From assembly GCA_009859145.1 (NCBI GenBank), contig VRVR01000003.1:257315-321314 (forward strand): a stretch of 64,000 nt of DNA. Reading direction: 5' to 3'. The notes below the pieces were generated by a model that worked only from the letters and a program-made list of their open reading frames with translations, was not told where the DNA came from and ran no database searches. This document shows positions 1 through 11,600 of the stretch, piece by piece. How positions within the stretch are numbered: the first letter of the stretch is position 1; every line of letters begins with the position of its first letter. Source of the stretch: Andalucia godoyi And28. Taxonomy: Eukaryota; Protista; Jakobida. The translations under genes were made by a program, and so were the position numbers.

Positions 1-441
1 TCGACGCCCTTTCTGCCGAATGGCGCTCCCTGTTCCTCTAAATACTCGGATTACAAGCCATTTGACCGGAATGGAGCATCACTAGTTATTCATCCTCTAG
101 AAACGGAATGTCTGCTTCACTCGGACCATGTCCGCACCTTCTTCTGGCCGCTGGCGCTGGACGGGCTCCTGGATCAGCACACTGTAGAGCAGTCTTTTGC
201 ACGCAACTCCACTGCAGAACGGGTCTGGGACTCGTCAAGGGTCCTTCCTTCAGGTTCAAAGTTTCTGATTCAGCAGGTTCGCGTGTATGTCTCGTGGCTT
301 TCAGAATCAAAGGCTCTTTGGACCGTAGTCGAAGTCAACCCGCTTGTCGGACCGGAGATCACGAATGACATTTTCGCATTGGGCGATCCGTCTTTCGGTT
401 TCTCCGCACCGCAGTCTGCGTGCTACAGCGCCCGGCGATAA
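1..441 (+). CDS. 3' end of an unknown protein (partial, runs off the window)
   Basis: Frame 1 is open from base 1 to TAA at 439-441 (STPFLPNG...ACYSARR*). It has no ATG, so the ORF track omits it. Confidence 0.6.
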   Translation, partial: STPFLPNGAPCSSKYSDYKPFDRNGASLVIHPLETECLLHSDHVRTFFWPLALDGLLDQHTVEQSFARNSTAERVWDSSRVLPSGSKFLIQQVRVYVSWLSESKALWTVVEVNPLVGPEITNDIFALGDPSFGFSAPQSACYSARR

Positions 442-796
442 ATGCCCTGTCTGCTGTCCATCCTACTGATCTTCTGATCTTTTATGTATTATCAATTATC
501 CTTATTCTTAATTCCGCCTTCCGCCGTCTCCCCACTTTCAATATTTAGAGCCTTTGATAAAGTTGAGTATTTGCTCGTGCTGCCTGCTGCCTCCGTGCCT
601 CGGACGTCCTGCGAGCTGCGTCCTGTTCAGCCGCTTCGCGGTCGTACACAGAACATCCTCAATGACAGTTTTTCGCACATCATCGTCGTATCAAGTCCTC
701 CTTGTCGAAATAACTCCCTCGCAGGACTTCTTCGGGTTTTTTGTTGGATTCGCAAGCACACGCACGGACACACAAACAGCCACTGGAATAGAGAGC

Positions 797-1420
797 ATGT
801 CGACTTCTTCAGACTCGGATAGCGAAGACGACCGACGGAAAGCAGCATTTGCATCCGTAATCTTTGATCCTTTCCAGTCCGTGACTTCCCACAAAGACAA
901 GGAGCGCCAAAAACAAAGGGTTTGTTGTTTATTCATTCTGTTCATCATTGTTTATGATTGCTTTGAGAGATTCGCCTGTTCCTGACATTTCTTTATGATG
1001 ACGGTGGTGGAGATTTAGGAGTCTAATAAATTGAATGTGAATTACGCATCGGAGGGAGTCAAGTCGCACCTGTCTTCCAAACTGCATACCGCGTTGGAAG
1101 ATGCGATCGGGTTTGAGACGAAGCCGCTTGATCTAGTATTTGAAAAGCAGATAAAAGCATTGTCTGCAGATTCTCTAGGTATTCGACTAATGAGGACCTC
1201 GAAGCGCATCGTCACGGATCTCAAAGATCCAAATCAGATGCCAACCGAAGAAGATCTTGCGTTGAAAAAGGAGGAGGAACTCCGCAGGAAACGGGCCAAG
1301 ATTATGCAGGAAGAGTCAGACTCTTCGGATTCTGACAACCGCAATGACTCGGATCGAAAACAGAGGCTGTCCGCTGTGACAAATGTTGTATCGATGGAAC
1401 TCGGTGTACCAAAACGATAG
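797..1420 (+). CDS. CUSTOS (C12orf43)-like protein, 2 exons: 797-919 and 1019-1420
   Basis: A GT..AG intron at 920-1018 joins MSTSSDSDSEDDRRKAAFASV to ESNKLNVNY...HLSSKLHTALE...GIRLMRTS...SSDSD...RLSAV in frame. The motif order matches CUSTOS as I recall it. Confidence 0.6.
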
Positions 1421-1514
1421 CGAAGAGTACAACAGTAGCCTCGCAGATTCAGGCTCCTGAGTTCAGGCCATCATGGCAACCAGGATGGTACATTGTGTGA
1501 CTCGGCCACATTTT

Positions 1515-2576
1515 TCATGTCTCGCGAGTGAATTGTTCGGTTTTGAGGTCGACGACGAACCTGTTGAAGACAAGAAACTCGCGAACGACGTCTCTGATCT
1601 TGCGGTTAACAAGCTCGTTGATTTGCCTGGAATTCGAGAATCTCATATTCTGTCCTGCAGTCACAGAGATATCGACTCGCAAGCTTGGGCTGCTTTCGCA
1701 CCACAAGCAAATGCGATCTTCGTCAATAAATTCTCCCCAAAACTCGCCGTGAATCACCACAGTTTGAATAGAAAGCACGAAAGGAAGACCGGCAAACCTC
1801 GGTGTTGGCCAATTCGCTACAAGCTCGCCAGACAGTGTGCATTGGAAATCTGAATTCCAGTCCACAGAAAACGTAAACATCCCGGACTCGGTGAAAGCCA
1901 TGTTCGAAAACACAGGTGTTGACGACGGAAGCACCAGATTCTGCAAATGAACACCGCGAACATACTCTGAAGAAACAGCTGTCTGCAATCGGGCCTTCAG
2001 CTTCTCTTCTGCGAACGTCCACAACAGAGGGGAAAATCGAGCATATGCATTAAACACAAGTGCATTGAGCCAATCGCACGATTCTCGTCGGAACTCTTCC
2101 GTTGGTGTATGCGCACCGGAACTCGGATTTGGATGTAACGATGCCGAAATCGAGTGTCCTCCCGCGGATGGCGAAGATAGGATTCCGATGGAAGAGATTG
2201 CGATACCGGACACATTGGGGGACACCGCTGCGCTTCCCACTGCGAGACCCGAAGAAAGAGGCGACTGCGCGCTTCCAGCGGAAGCATTTGATGAAATGGA
2301 CGACTTTTTGTTCTTCTTTTTGAATCGCGGTCCACGAACAGGAATTCTTTTCTGTGAATCTTCTGATCGCGAATAGCCAGGAAGGCGCAGAATGCAGAAA
2401 AACAGGATGCTGAGAATGCCGAGAATCAGCGAAAACGCTCCAAATAGCGCTCCAAGAAAGAATTCCCACGGCATTCGAACGAGAAAGGACGCAAGATAGT
2501 ACAGCACAACGACCGTCAATGCCCCATATCCGTACATGAACACAAACGTTGTCCATGGCACAGACTTGTTGTACAT
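1515..2576 (-). CDS. SMP-domain membrane protein, Mmm1/PDZD8-like lipid transfer
   Basis: Two N-terminal TM segments, then ESCDWLN, followed by NWPTPRFAGLPFVLSI, which resembles the Mmm1 NxPxP..A.LP motif. Confidence 0.7.
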   Translation of the reverse strand: MYNKSVPWTTFVFMYGYGALTVVVLYYLASFLVRMPWEFFLGALFGAFSLILGILSILFFCILRLPGYSRSEDSQKRIPVRGPRFKKKNKKSSISSNASAGSAQSPLSSGLAVGSAAVSPNVSGIAISSIGILSSPSAGGHSISASLHPNPSSGAHTPTEEFRRESCDWLNALVFNAYARFSPLLWTFAEEKLKARLQTAVSSEYVRGVHLQNLVLPSSTPVFSNMAFTESGMFTFSVDWNSDFQCTLSGELVANWPTPRFAGLPFVLSIQTVVIHGEFWGEFIDEDRICLWCESSPSLRVDISVTAGQNMRFSNSRQINELVNRKIRDVVREFLVFNRFVVDLKTEQFTRET

Positions 2577-3136
2577 TTCCCTATGAATGCTGATGCTGCT
2601 TCTAGCAGGGATGGTGGTTGTCGTGTGTGGTGTTTCGTTCTAAAAAGAAGTGGGAAAGCACAAATGTTATGTAATGGTAAATAAATTTTTGAAACGCAAT
2701 GTCGGTTTCCAAAAATCTGTACAAACAACAACAACAAAAGAAGAAGAAAAAGAAAAACACAACCCGGGTATTGTTGAAATGATAAATAAAGCAGTGACGA
2801 TTCAGAAGGAAGGAAAGTGCCTGGTGACCGCGCAGTTCTCTGTTCTGCAAATACTGATTCAATCTCGCAGACAAGCAAGAAAATAAGACAGATCATGCAT
2901 AAAAAGCAGTAGTACCTTGTGAAACAAGCCAAAAAAGAAAAGGACCTGGCGGGCGGGCTGGTTCTTTGAGCGAATGGTGTTTTCTCTTCCGGTACGGCAG
3001 CTGCAAAAGCCTTTTCTTCTTTTTCTCCAGTGGGTAGGGGGAAATCGCCACGCGCAGACTTGCTGGAAAAAGAAAAGACAGTCGTGGGAAGGGAGGTGTG
3101 AGAGGAGGTGGGATGGAGAGGTAAATGGTAACAAGG

Positions 3137-4798
3137 CTACTCATGGCCAACTGCGTCGGCATCGTGGGCAGCGGTAGAGAGAGAGGCAGCGGATGCTCGA
3201 GGAAAGTTGATGCTCGCTGGAAGCCTCACTGCAATGCAGCCGTCGACAAAGATCAAGATGGATATTAGGAAAAACGGAAAATGGATATCGAATGGAAACG
3301 GGAGGCCGCTGTTGATGGACCACGCAAATAAACTTCCTCCGATCAACGGACCTATGGATCTTGCAAACGACGCTGCAGCTTGTGCGATGCCGTTCACTTC
3401 TCCCGTGTATTCTGGCAAACAAGTGTTGTTGATTAGAATGAAGATGGATGTAAAGGACGAATTGGAGAATATTGGCCGAGTGGACATCATAAGGATGATG
3501 ACACACCACAGCGGAATGCGATACGCAGCAAACAAAGCAAGAAATGGTAGCAGAAAGAAGTACGGAATCGCGCCGAAAAGACCGAGACGTAACATAAACA
3601 AACGACCAAAACGATTTGCAAGCTTTGCGTACGCAAACAACTGATAACAAACAAGACCGGCACCAGAAAAGGCTTGCTGAATGCCGAGTTCCAGAGATCC
3701 AAATGCCAGTCCGCCTTGGTCCACTGCACGAACCATGAACAGCGGAGTCAGCTCATCGCTGATAATGTACACAAACGACATGAGCATGTAGACAAACACG
3801 GAGCGCAGAACCAGACCGTCTTTCAGCGGTGGTTTGTGCTGCTGTTTGCTCGGGGATGCAGGGGTCATTGGGGACGCAGGGAACTCCTCCTCAGACGGAA
3901 GTGTGCTGCTCTCTGCATCCTCCTGGTCTCTGAGATTTTCATACCGAACGGATCCTCGCGAATGTTTGAATTTCTTAGAGTCCTGGAGAACAAAAACCCC
4001 AATTGCAAGACCAACCAGCGTCACACCAGAGGACACCAAGCACGGCAGCAGATACGGATAGCGTCCGAACAGCCCGTCTTCTGGAAACACCGATGGGTAC
4101 TGGACAGCTGGTCTGGCAAGCAAGCCACCTGCAACAGGTCCCAGAATACCAGAAAAACCCCACACAAGGCCCAGCAGCCCAAACGCTCGGTTGGCCTTTG
4201 AATCAGGAACGACATCCGCAATGTAGGTCTTCCCCGCCGCCACATTTCCGTTCATGAGACCGCTTATGAAACGAGAGATGATGGCCATTGGAAAATTAGT
4301 ACTGACTCCAAAGACAATCATTGTAATGACATTGCATCCAAGACCAAGTATCATCACGCGCTTCCTCCCTTTTCGATCGCTGTACATTCCCCAGAACCGC
4401 CCCGAAATGAACTGGCCAAAAAAAAACATTCCACCGAGCAACCCTACATAGTATCCCAAGTGATCCTCCGCAACATCTGGGAGCAAATCTCGAGCAAAGA
4501 AATATACGTATGGAAACAGCGAGCTGGAGTTGTATCCTTCGGCAAACAGGATGATGCAAACCACAAAAATTTGCAACAAGGGAAGCTTCACATCATCATT
4601 TTCCGCGTGCATGGGACTCCTCCTTTCACTCGCGGAAGGCTCATCCCGCGAAGAGTCTGTGTCTGGCGATTGGGGAATAAACGGACTGAATTCATCGTCG
4701 TCGTCGCGGTTTGCATTTGCAGGACTCGACCTAATCTCCTTCATTTCAACCCCGACGGAAACATCATCCTCGTCATTTGCGCGTTCTCTTCCAGACAT
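3137..4798 (-). CDS. MFS transporter (ZIFL/DHA1-like)
   Basis: 553 aa with about 12 TM segments and MFS motif A (WGMYSDRKGRKRV). Confidence 0.9.
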   Translation of the reverse strand: MSGRERANDEDDVSVGVEMKEIRSSPANANRDDDDEFSPFIPQSPDTDSSRDEPSASERRSPMHAENDDVKLPLLQIFVVCIILFAEGYNSSSLFPYVYFFARDLLPDVAEDHLGYYVGLLGGMFFFGQFISGRFWGMYSDRKGRKRVMILGLGCNVITMIVFGVSTNFPMAIISRFISGLMNGNVAAGKTYIADVVPDSKANRAFGLLGLVWGFSGILGPVAGGLLARPAVQYPSVFPEDGLFGRYPYLLPCLVSSGVTLVGLAIGVFVLQDSKKFKHSRGSVRYENLRDQEDAESSTLPSEEEFPASPMTPASPSKQQHKPPLKDGLVLRSVFVYMLMSFVYIISDELTPLFMVRAVDQGGLAFGSLELGIQQAFSGAGLVCYQLFAYAKLANRFGRLFMLRLGLFGAIPYFFLLPFLALFAAYRIPLWCVIILMMSTRPIFSNSSFTSIFILINNTCLPEYTGEVNGIAQAAASFARSIGPLIGGSLFAWSINSGLPFPFDIHFPFFLISILIFVDGCIAVRLPASINFPRASAASLSTAAHDADAVGHE

Positions 4799-5149
4799 TG
4801 CAAAGGACGAAGCACGGGAATGTGCCAGCAGTTGCTGTTGGTTTTTTTTTTGTTCTTTTTTTTTAAATATAAAAGAAAAAACCTCGACGGAGGTACTGTA
4901 CGTGCATAGACTGTTCTTGCTTTTCCTCTTTGCTCAAGTATATAAAATCCCAGGAAACCACCCGAAGGGAATATACAAAATCGTTCTGACTGCGTTCGAC
5001 GTGGATTTGGGGAAGGTTCAACACGCAAAAAGAAACCCTTTCATGTTTTCCGAGTTCTCGATTGAAGGAAACATCAAATGTTACAGCAGGTCGTGGAACC
5101 ACTTCGCTGTTGGGACGAGTGGGGGGGGGGCTTGGAAGAGTCGGGCGAG

Positions 5150-5260
5150 CGCCTACATTGTACTCTAACCCACGGACAATCGTCGCTGATCACCCATAAT
5201 CAATGTTGCAACCCGACATGCACAGCATGATTGGGAACGGGGTAGGCCACAACATGCCCC
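5150..5260 (-). ncRNA. Putative omegaRNA scaffold of copy A1 (the guide would be the flank 5130-5149)
   Basis: Lies between the RuvC-III motif and the element end, and carries motifs shared with family B (TGTTGTGGCCTACCCCGTTCCC, GCAACATTGA, TGTAGGCG). Confidence 0.5.
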
Positions 5261-5763
5261 TCGGCATGAGAGACGTTCTCAAGATAGATGTCGGGTGCAC
5301 CGTTCCAATCGTGGTCGCTCATGCATGTGCACGATGGGCAACAAAACACACCTTGTTTCCACACAGCTTGCGATGGATTTCCGCGCAACGGCCGCATGTT
5401 TTAGACGTGCACACCTCCGTCACAAGTCACAATCGACGCCTGCCGCCCCGCGAATTCGCGCGATTTGCAGAGCATCCGCTGTTGGAATTGATAATGGCCC
5501 CGCGTCAACATCTGCCACGTCGTTGTCGCCTTGGCGATCTTTCCTGGCGGCGGCCCAGCGCCGGAAGGTGGCGGTGGAGATTGTCATGGGTCTTGCGCAG
5601 CGTTGCGGGCGTGACGTACATGGTGCGTTGCATGGACAATAACAACAAAAATAAAAATAAGAAATGAGCGTCGCTGTGCGAGAATGCAACGCGGCTGCGT
5701 GTTTATAGCGAATTCATGATCAAAATGGGACGAAACGAATCGGGCATCGTGTGGACGGAGTTG
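5150..5763 (-). mobile_element. Non-autonomous Fanzor2/IS607-TnpB derivative, family A copy 1
   Basis: 614 bp, near-identical inverted copy of 19869-20482 (one mismatch seen, at 5164). Bases 5275-5541(-) encode a frameshifted TnpB C-terminus. Confidence 0.88.
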
Positions 5764-5903
5764 TTAAGATGACAAACGCATGCGCATGGGCGCGTGGCAG
5801 TGTGTTTGTTTTGCGTGCGCTTTAGATTGCTTCATCATAACGCAATAAGTGGCAGCGGTACGGCGGAGCGAGAAGCGAGAAGCGTGAACAGAACGTGATT
5901 GCT

Positions 5904-6950
5904 CTACGTTTTGGGGCCCTTGTCGATTTCTTCAAAAAGATCGTCCAGAAACGAAACGTCTTCAACTTCGACGCCGCGCAACGCCCCCGTAGGTTCATCC
6001 AGCGCATCTCGCGCAATGTCCTCGTTTTCTCGCAGAATAATTTCATCGCCGAGTCTTCGCGCATTATCCTCTGCTGCGTAGGTGTCAAACACGCCTTGTT
6101 GGCCCTTTTCTGAACTGGGACTGGCAGACGACGTGCTAGCTGGTCGGTCATCAGGGTTCTTGGTTTTAGACCGCTTCGCCCTGCCTTTCCGCTGCTTAGT
6201 AGAAGCTGAAGAAGCGTACGACGTGGATGCAGCCTCTTCATCTTTTCTTCTTAACCCGCTCTTCACACTCTGCGATTCTTCCATGATCGACCGCAACACC
6301 TCCGTCAACGTTTCCTTGCCGTGCTCGGCAGCATTGGGTGCATTCTGCGTCGCGGAAGCAGCGGACGGGAGATTCCCCTCCTTTGAAGGGGCCTGATTTG
6401 CAACCGCTTCAGCACTCGCCTCTTCTCCAGCCTCCTTCATTTTTGCAACTTTGGGTTTCTTGCGCTCAGCAACACTCAGCGGAGACACGGTCCGAAACAC
6501 CGGTCGCTTGATTTCACCGTGATCGGGCTTCGGAAGTCCCAAAGTCGCGTATATATTCTTTGCGGACACCTCCGGTATCCGCGGATCATAGTCATTCTTC
6601 GAGCTCGCAATTCCTTTTGGGAACAGTATGTACCATTTTCGGAACAAAAGCGAGCATTCCTCACTGTGCGCATGTGTGGGCTTCAGTGCAGCCTCGAGAG
6701 CAGCGGTGGATACACGGCCTCGAGGACGAATTCCAAGGAGCGGGATGGTCTGCTTCAGCAGTTCCTCCAATTCCAGATGCGACAGAGCAGACCTCGAGGT
6801 TGACAACGTCTCTGACGCAAGAACGGACGACGGGCCACTCGACAGCCGGATGGACGGGAGTGCTCGAACAGGCCGAGATATCGTTCCTAGTGGCGAAAGA
6901 TGCTTCAACTGCAAGACCTTTGGTATCGAAATCGGCTTGAAATGCTTCAT
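5904..6950 (-). CDS. Hypothetical protein (348 aa)
   Basis: Longest ORF at the locus with plausible composition; no family recognised. Confidence 0.65.
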   Translation of the reverse strand: MKHFKPISIPKVLQLKHLSPLGTISRPVRALPSIRLSSGPSSVLASETLSTSRSALSHLELEELLKQTIPLLGIRPRGRVSTAALEAALKPTHAHSEECSLLFRKWYILFPKGIASSKNDYDPRIPEVSAKNIYATLGLPKPDHGEIKRPVFRTVSPLSVAERKKPKVAKMKEAGEEASAEAVANQAPSKEGNLPSAASATQNAPNAAEHGKETLTEVLRSIMEESQSVKSGLRRKDEEAASTSYASSASTKQRKGRAKRSKTKNPDDRPASTSSASPSSEKGQQGVFDTYAAEDNARRLGDEIILRENEDIARDALDEPTGALRGVEVEDVSFLDDLFEEIDKGPKT

Positions 6951-7214
6951 TCCTCTTGCGCCAGTGCACCTCTCTTACTCCTCCTGCATGCTCTCCGTCT
7001 TTGTCGCGTCGTTGTGGAAAGGAAACTTGCACGCAAATCCACAGCATCGTTTTCTACGGGGCTTTCTTACAGTCAGCAAAATGCCCGGCGAGTTTCATGT
7101 TGCCAACAAACAAAACAAAAACAAAAACAAAAACGTGTGGATACCACAGCGGAAAAAAAGAAGGGAGCTGTTCGCGTGCATAAGTACTGTACGCCAGCAG
7201 CATAGGGATGGAAT

Positions 7215-8060
7215 ATGAAGTACAGGTATGCTCAGGAAGCGATAGAGGAGGCAGTGGGAATGTCTCACACGAAATCACAGGATCCGAATCAAGCAGCAAA
7301 GTTTCTGCCTAACGCAATTGTGTACTCGTATCCGACAAGGAGCTGTGAAACTGTAGAGATCAAAAGAAACCAAGAAGCGTTCTTGACTTTACAATCTACT
7401 TTCACAAATCCGCGTCTTGAAAAATCGCTGTTGGAGGAAATCGCAGCGCTGAAAAAATCGACGTTAAGTGGGGCTGGCGGTGATTCTGCTGTTCTTCCTG
7501 GTAATGCTAATAATGCTAAAACCCATCCTCAGGCGCATGTTGGCGATGATGATGACGATGACGATGACATGTTTGCTGGGATTCCGCAAGCGACTTCATC
7601 CATGATAGCTCAACAGCACCAGTCATCGCTCACTGAGACCTCCAAACCAATGCTTGGGGTGTTTGGCATAAAGCACTCTGCAAAAGGCGAAGATCCGCTA
7701 TTTGCATCCTGTCCAGTAAAGGCGCTCGCAACTGGAACAGTGGACGTTGAACAGATCATAGCAGAGTCCAAGATGGATGATACGGTCGTGGATAAGCGAC
7801 TTGTGGAGGCTGCATCGGGATTAAAAGAAGATGCGTATTTCGAATGCTATCCCGAGTACGCATCCATGCTTGCGAAGAGTGGCAGCAGTAGTTCAAAGAG
7901 TACTGAAGCAGCCGGCGTGAACAGCAGAAAGAGGCCCTTTGAAAGCCAGGCAGATGCTTTGCGAAAAGAATCCAACTCAAACGACGAATCGCTAAAGAAG
8001 AAGAGACGGTTCCAGCACATGATGTCCAGCGTCACCAAGCTCATAGACCAGAAGAAGTAG
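7215..8060 (+). CDS. RED/IK-like spliceosomal protein
   Basis: DAYFECYPEY resembles the RED C-terminal Y.ECYP motif; acidic tract and basic C-terminus. Confidence 0.55.
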   Translation: MKYRYAQEAIEEAVGMSHTKSQDPNQAAKFLPNAIVYSYPTRSCETVEIKRNQEAFLTLQSTFTNPRLEKSLLEEIAALKKSTLSGAGGDSAVLPGNANNAKTHPQAHVGDDDDDDDDMFAGIPQATSSMIAQQHQSSLTETSKPMLGVFGIKHSAKGEDPLFASCPVKALATGTVDVEQIIAESKMDDTVVDKRLVEAASGLKEDAYFECYPEYASMLAKSGSSSSKSTEAAGVNSRKRPFESQADALRKESNSNDESLKKKRRFQHMMSSVTKLIDQKK

Positions 8061-8691
8061 GCTGGGCCCCACCTTCCCCAAACCTCACTAGTATGATATT
8101 ACCTCTCCAACGGTGGTTGTTCTGCTTCTCTTCTTTAGCGCTTACGCCTGTCCAGCGCTGCTATTTCGGGTCGAGTAATCATGATCCCATGCAAGCAAAG
8201 GCGTTTTCCTCAGCTTTTTCGGGTCTTTCTTCTACGCCTGCGACACACATTGCGTCCGTATGAATTGGCTCTCATTAGCACTGTTTCAATGTTGCATGAC
8301 AATCGATCCTACGAATCAGAGCACACACGTGCATGCGCCATCACGGTTCGCACAGAAAGCTCGTGTAGGTGGGGCGCTGTTGTAGAGTCGTTAGTAAAGA
8401 AAAGTGCGGAAACGTTCAGAGTGGTGCGCTTTCCGTTTCTTGTTGCCGCTTTGTGGCCGCGAACTGCGGCAAAATCCCACTTTTAGCTCTGACACGCCTC
8501 ACGCTTTCCTATTTGATTTTTGTTTTTCATTTTTCATTTCATTTTGTTTTTGTGTTGTTTTGTTTTTTATTATATATTCCATTTTTTTGTCACTTTGAAT
8601 TAAATTGTTTTCTCAGTTTCAATTCTTTTTGTCTTTCTTGGATTTCTTCGGGGGGAGGGGAGTTGCTTTTTTCGTCTCGTGTGAAGACTGG

Positions 8692-11600
8692 ATGGAGGAG
8701 AAGAGTGTGAAGAAACAGGATTTGGGGCTTGTGCCAGCAAGAAAGGCAAAGCCGGAAGATGAAGCTGGGTTTGTCAGCCGGATGTTCTTCGCGTACCTTA
8801 CTCCTTTAATGGAGCTTGGAAAGCAGCGTCCGCTTGAAGAGTCTGATCTTGCACGGCAACCACGCAAAGATGATCCGGAGGTGGTCTCTGCAAAGTTTGA
8901 CGCAGCGTGGTCCCAAGTCCTGCGGGAAGACCCGCCTGAAAAGCGGTCTGTGACTTCTGCATTAAAGATCGCTTATGGAAAACCATTTTACATCTCAGGA
9001 ATCCTGAAGTTCATCTATGATGCACTGACCTTCTTCCAACCGATCTCCATTGGATACATTATTGCGTTTGTGGCAAACCCAAACCCGTCTTATGTGGGAT
9101 ACATCTGGGTTGCTGCCTTGTTTGTTTCCATGATCATTCAAGCGTTTGTTATTAATGTGTACTTTTACCGAGTTATGAAGTCCGGCATGCATGCGCGAAC
9201 CGGCCTGGTGTCTGCGATTTACAGAAAGGCATTGGTGCTGAGCAATGCTGCTCGTCAGGGAATGACAGTTGGAGAAATCACTACGCTCATGAGCGTGGAC
9301 ACCTCAAAGATTGAGGCTCTGGCTGCATTTCTTCATGTTATATGGTCAGGGTGCCTGCAGATTGTCGCGGCGCTTGCGCTCCTGTACGTTTTGTTGGGTC
9401 CCTCCACGTTTGCGGGTTTCGGAATGATGCTGCTGCTGCTTCCTGCCCAGGGCCGTGTCACGACGATCCTTGGAAAGCTGAGAAAAGAAACAATGAGATT
9501 TACAGACAAACGTGTCAAGACCATCAACGAAGTCATGCAAGGTATCCGAGTTATCAAGTTCTTTGCCTGGGAATCATCATTTGCTCAGAGAATCTTGGAT
9601 ATCCGTGCTGCGGAAATTGTCAAAGTTCGGGCGTCTGCGCTTGTGCGAGCAGGGAATACTGCGTTGCTGATGCTTTCTCCGACGTTTGTTGCCGTGGTTA
9701 CATTCGAAGTATATGCTGCTTCGGGGAACGAACTGACTGCAGACATCGTGTTTCCTGCCCTTGTGTTGTTCAACATTCTTCGTTTTCCTTTGATGATGCT
9801 TCCAATGGTCATTGCTGGGCTGGCAGAAGCTAAGGTCTCGGTGTCTCGCATCGGAAAGTTCCTGCAAGCATCTGAGTTGGAGGCGTCTCATGTTGTACAA
9901 GAATGCACTGAAGCGAATGCAGCGGTCTTTGTGAGCGACGCGGAGTTCACTTGGGGTGCTGTGAAGAACAACGGTAAGACGTCCACCGCTGCTTTTACAG
10001 CTCCATCTGCTGCCTCTTCTCCGTCGTCTCCTAATTCTCCCCAGGACGAACGCAGGGCGGCGACGCTTCGTGGCATCAATTTTCAAGCTCCGCGCGGCAA
10101 ATTGGTTGCAGTTGTGGGCTCGGTGGGCTGCGGGAAATCCTCTCTTCTGTCTGCGATTCTTGGTGAAATGCAGCGGAATCGGGGTGTTGTTGAAATTTCT
10201 GGAAGCAAAGCATTTGTTCCCCAGGAGGCATGGATTCAGAATGCATCTCTCAAAGACAACATTTTATTTGGAGCACCTTTTGACAACGACAAGTACAAGA
10301 GGACCATACAAGTTTGCGCATTGGAACGGGACATTGAAATGCTTCCCGCGGGAGATCTGACTGAAATTGGCGAGCGGGGTATCAATCTTTCCGGTGGTCA
10401 GAAGCAGCGCGTCAATCTTGCGCGTGCTGTGTACGCTGATGTTGACATTTATTTTTTGGATGATTGTCTCTCTGCGGTTGACTCGCACGTTGGCAGGCAT
10501 ATCTTTGACCAGTGTATTTCGAAGGAACTTGAGAAGAAGACGCGTATTCTTGTCACTCACCAGTTGCAGTTCGTGCCTCGTGCAGATCTTGTTGTCGTGA
10601 TGAAGGAGGGAGAGATTGTTGAGAGTGGCCTACCTAGCGAGTTGATGCACAAAGAAAATGGATTGTATCAGAACATGATGCTGAACTACTCGGGTGCAGA
10701 CGCCAGTGAAAGCGCCGAATCTGCTGCGGCCGCGGTTGCGGCTGATGAAGGGGCAGATGTGAAGAAAGCATCGGTTTCTGCTTCTGCTGCTGTTGCGCCA
10801 GTTGCCAAACCCGCAGATGACGCTGCAAAGGGCAAGCTCGTCTCGCAGGAGGATCGTGAAACTGGAACGGTTTCTAGAAAGGTAGCAAAAGGGTATTTAG
10901 TCGCTGCGGGTGGTGTAGCAATGTGTTCTCTCATTGGCGTTTTGTACTTGATTGTGCAAGGATTTCGCGTTGCAAGTGACATTTGGCTGGCGATTTGGTC
11001 TGCGGATACCTTGACGTTCTCTGCCCACCAGTACATGATGGTCTACGGGCTGCTGGCACTGGGCACTGGAATTTTTGAATTGGCCAAAGGCCTAACATTC
11101 GCCTTTGCTGGTGTCTGGGCAGCTATATCGCTGCATACGAATGCAATGGCCCGAGTTCTTCGAGCAAAAATGTCCTTCATCGATGCAACGCCTGTTGGTC
11201 GTATTCTGAATCGCTTTTCCAAGGACGTTGATACTGTCGATAACGTTCTTCCTGTTTCCTTGCAGTCCTTCCTCAACGTGTTTCTGATGGTGTTCTCGTT
11301 TTTGATAGTCATTTGCGTCATTATTCCGTATTTCTGCATTGTTCTTGTCCCGCTGCTGGCCATTTACTACTATGAACAGGAGTTCTACCGCCATTCTTCG
11401 CGAGAATTGAAGCGCTTGGATTCTGTTTCCCGTACTCCACTGTACAGCCACTTCTCTGAGACCCTTGGAGGACTTTCGACTATTCGGGCTTACGGACATC
11501 AGCAGGATTTTGCGGTGCAGAACAACGAACGCCTCGGGCGCAACCTTCGTGCATACTGGGCGCAGGTTCTTTCGCAGCGGTGGTTGGGAATTCGACTGGA

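Noticed and set aside
2600-3134. Small spliced gene between the SMP and MFS genes
   Set aside because: There are several short overlapping frames with low-complexity runs, and I could not build a consistent exon model.
5203-5667. 154-aa and 115-aa ORFs (and their mirrors at 19965-20429) as real genes of the repeat
   Set aside because: They are antisense to the frameshifted TnpB remnant and have no recognisable motif.
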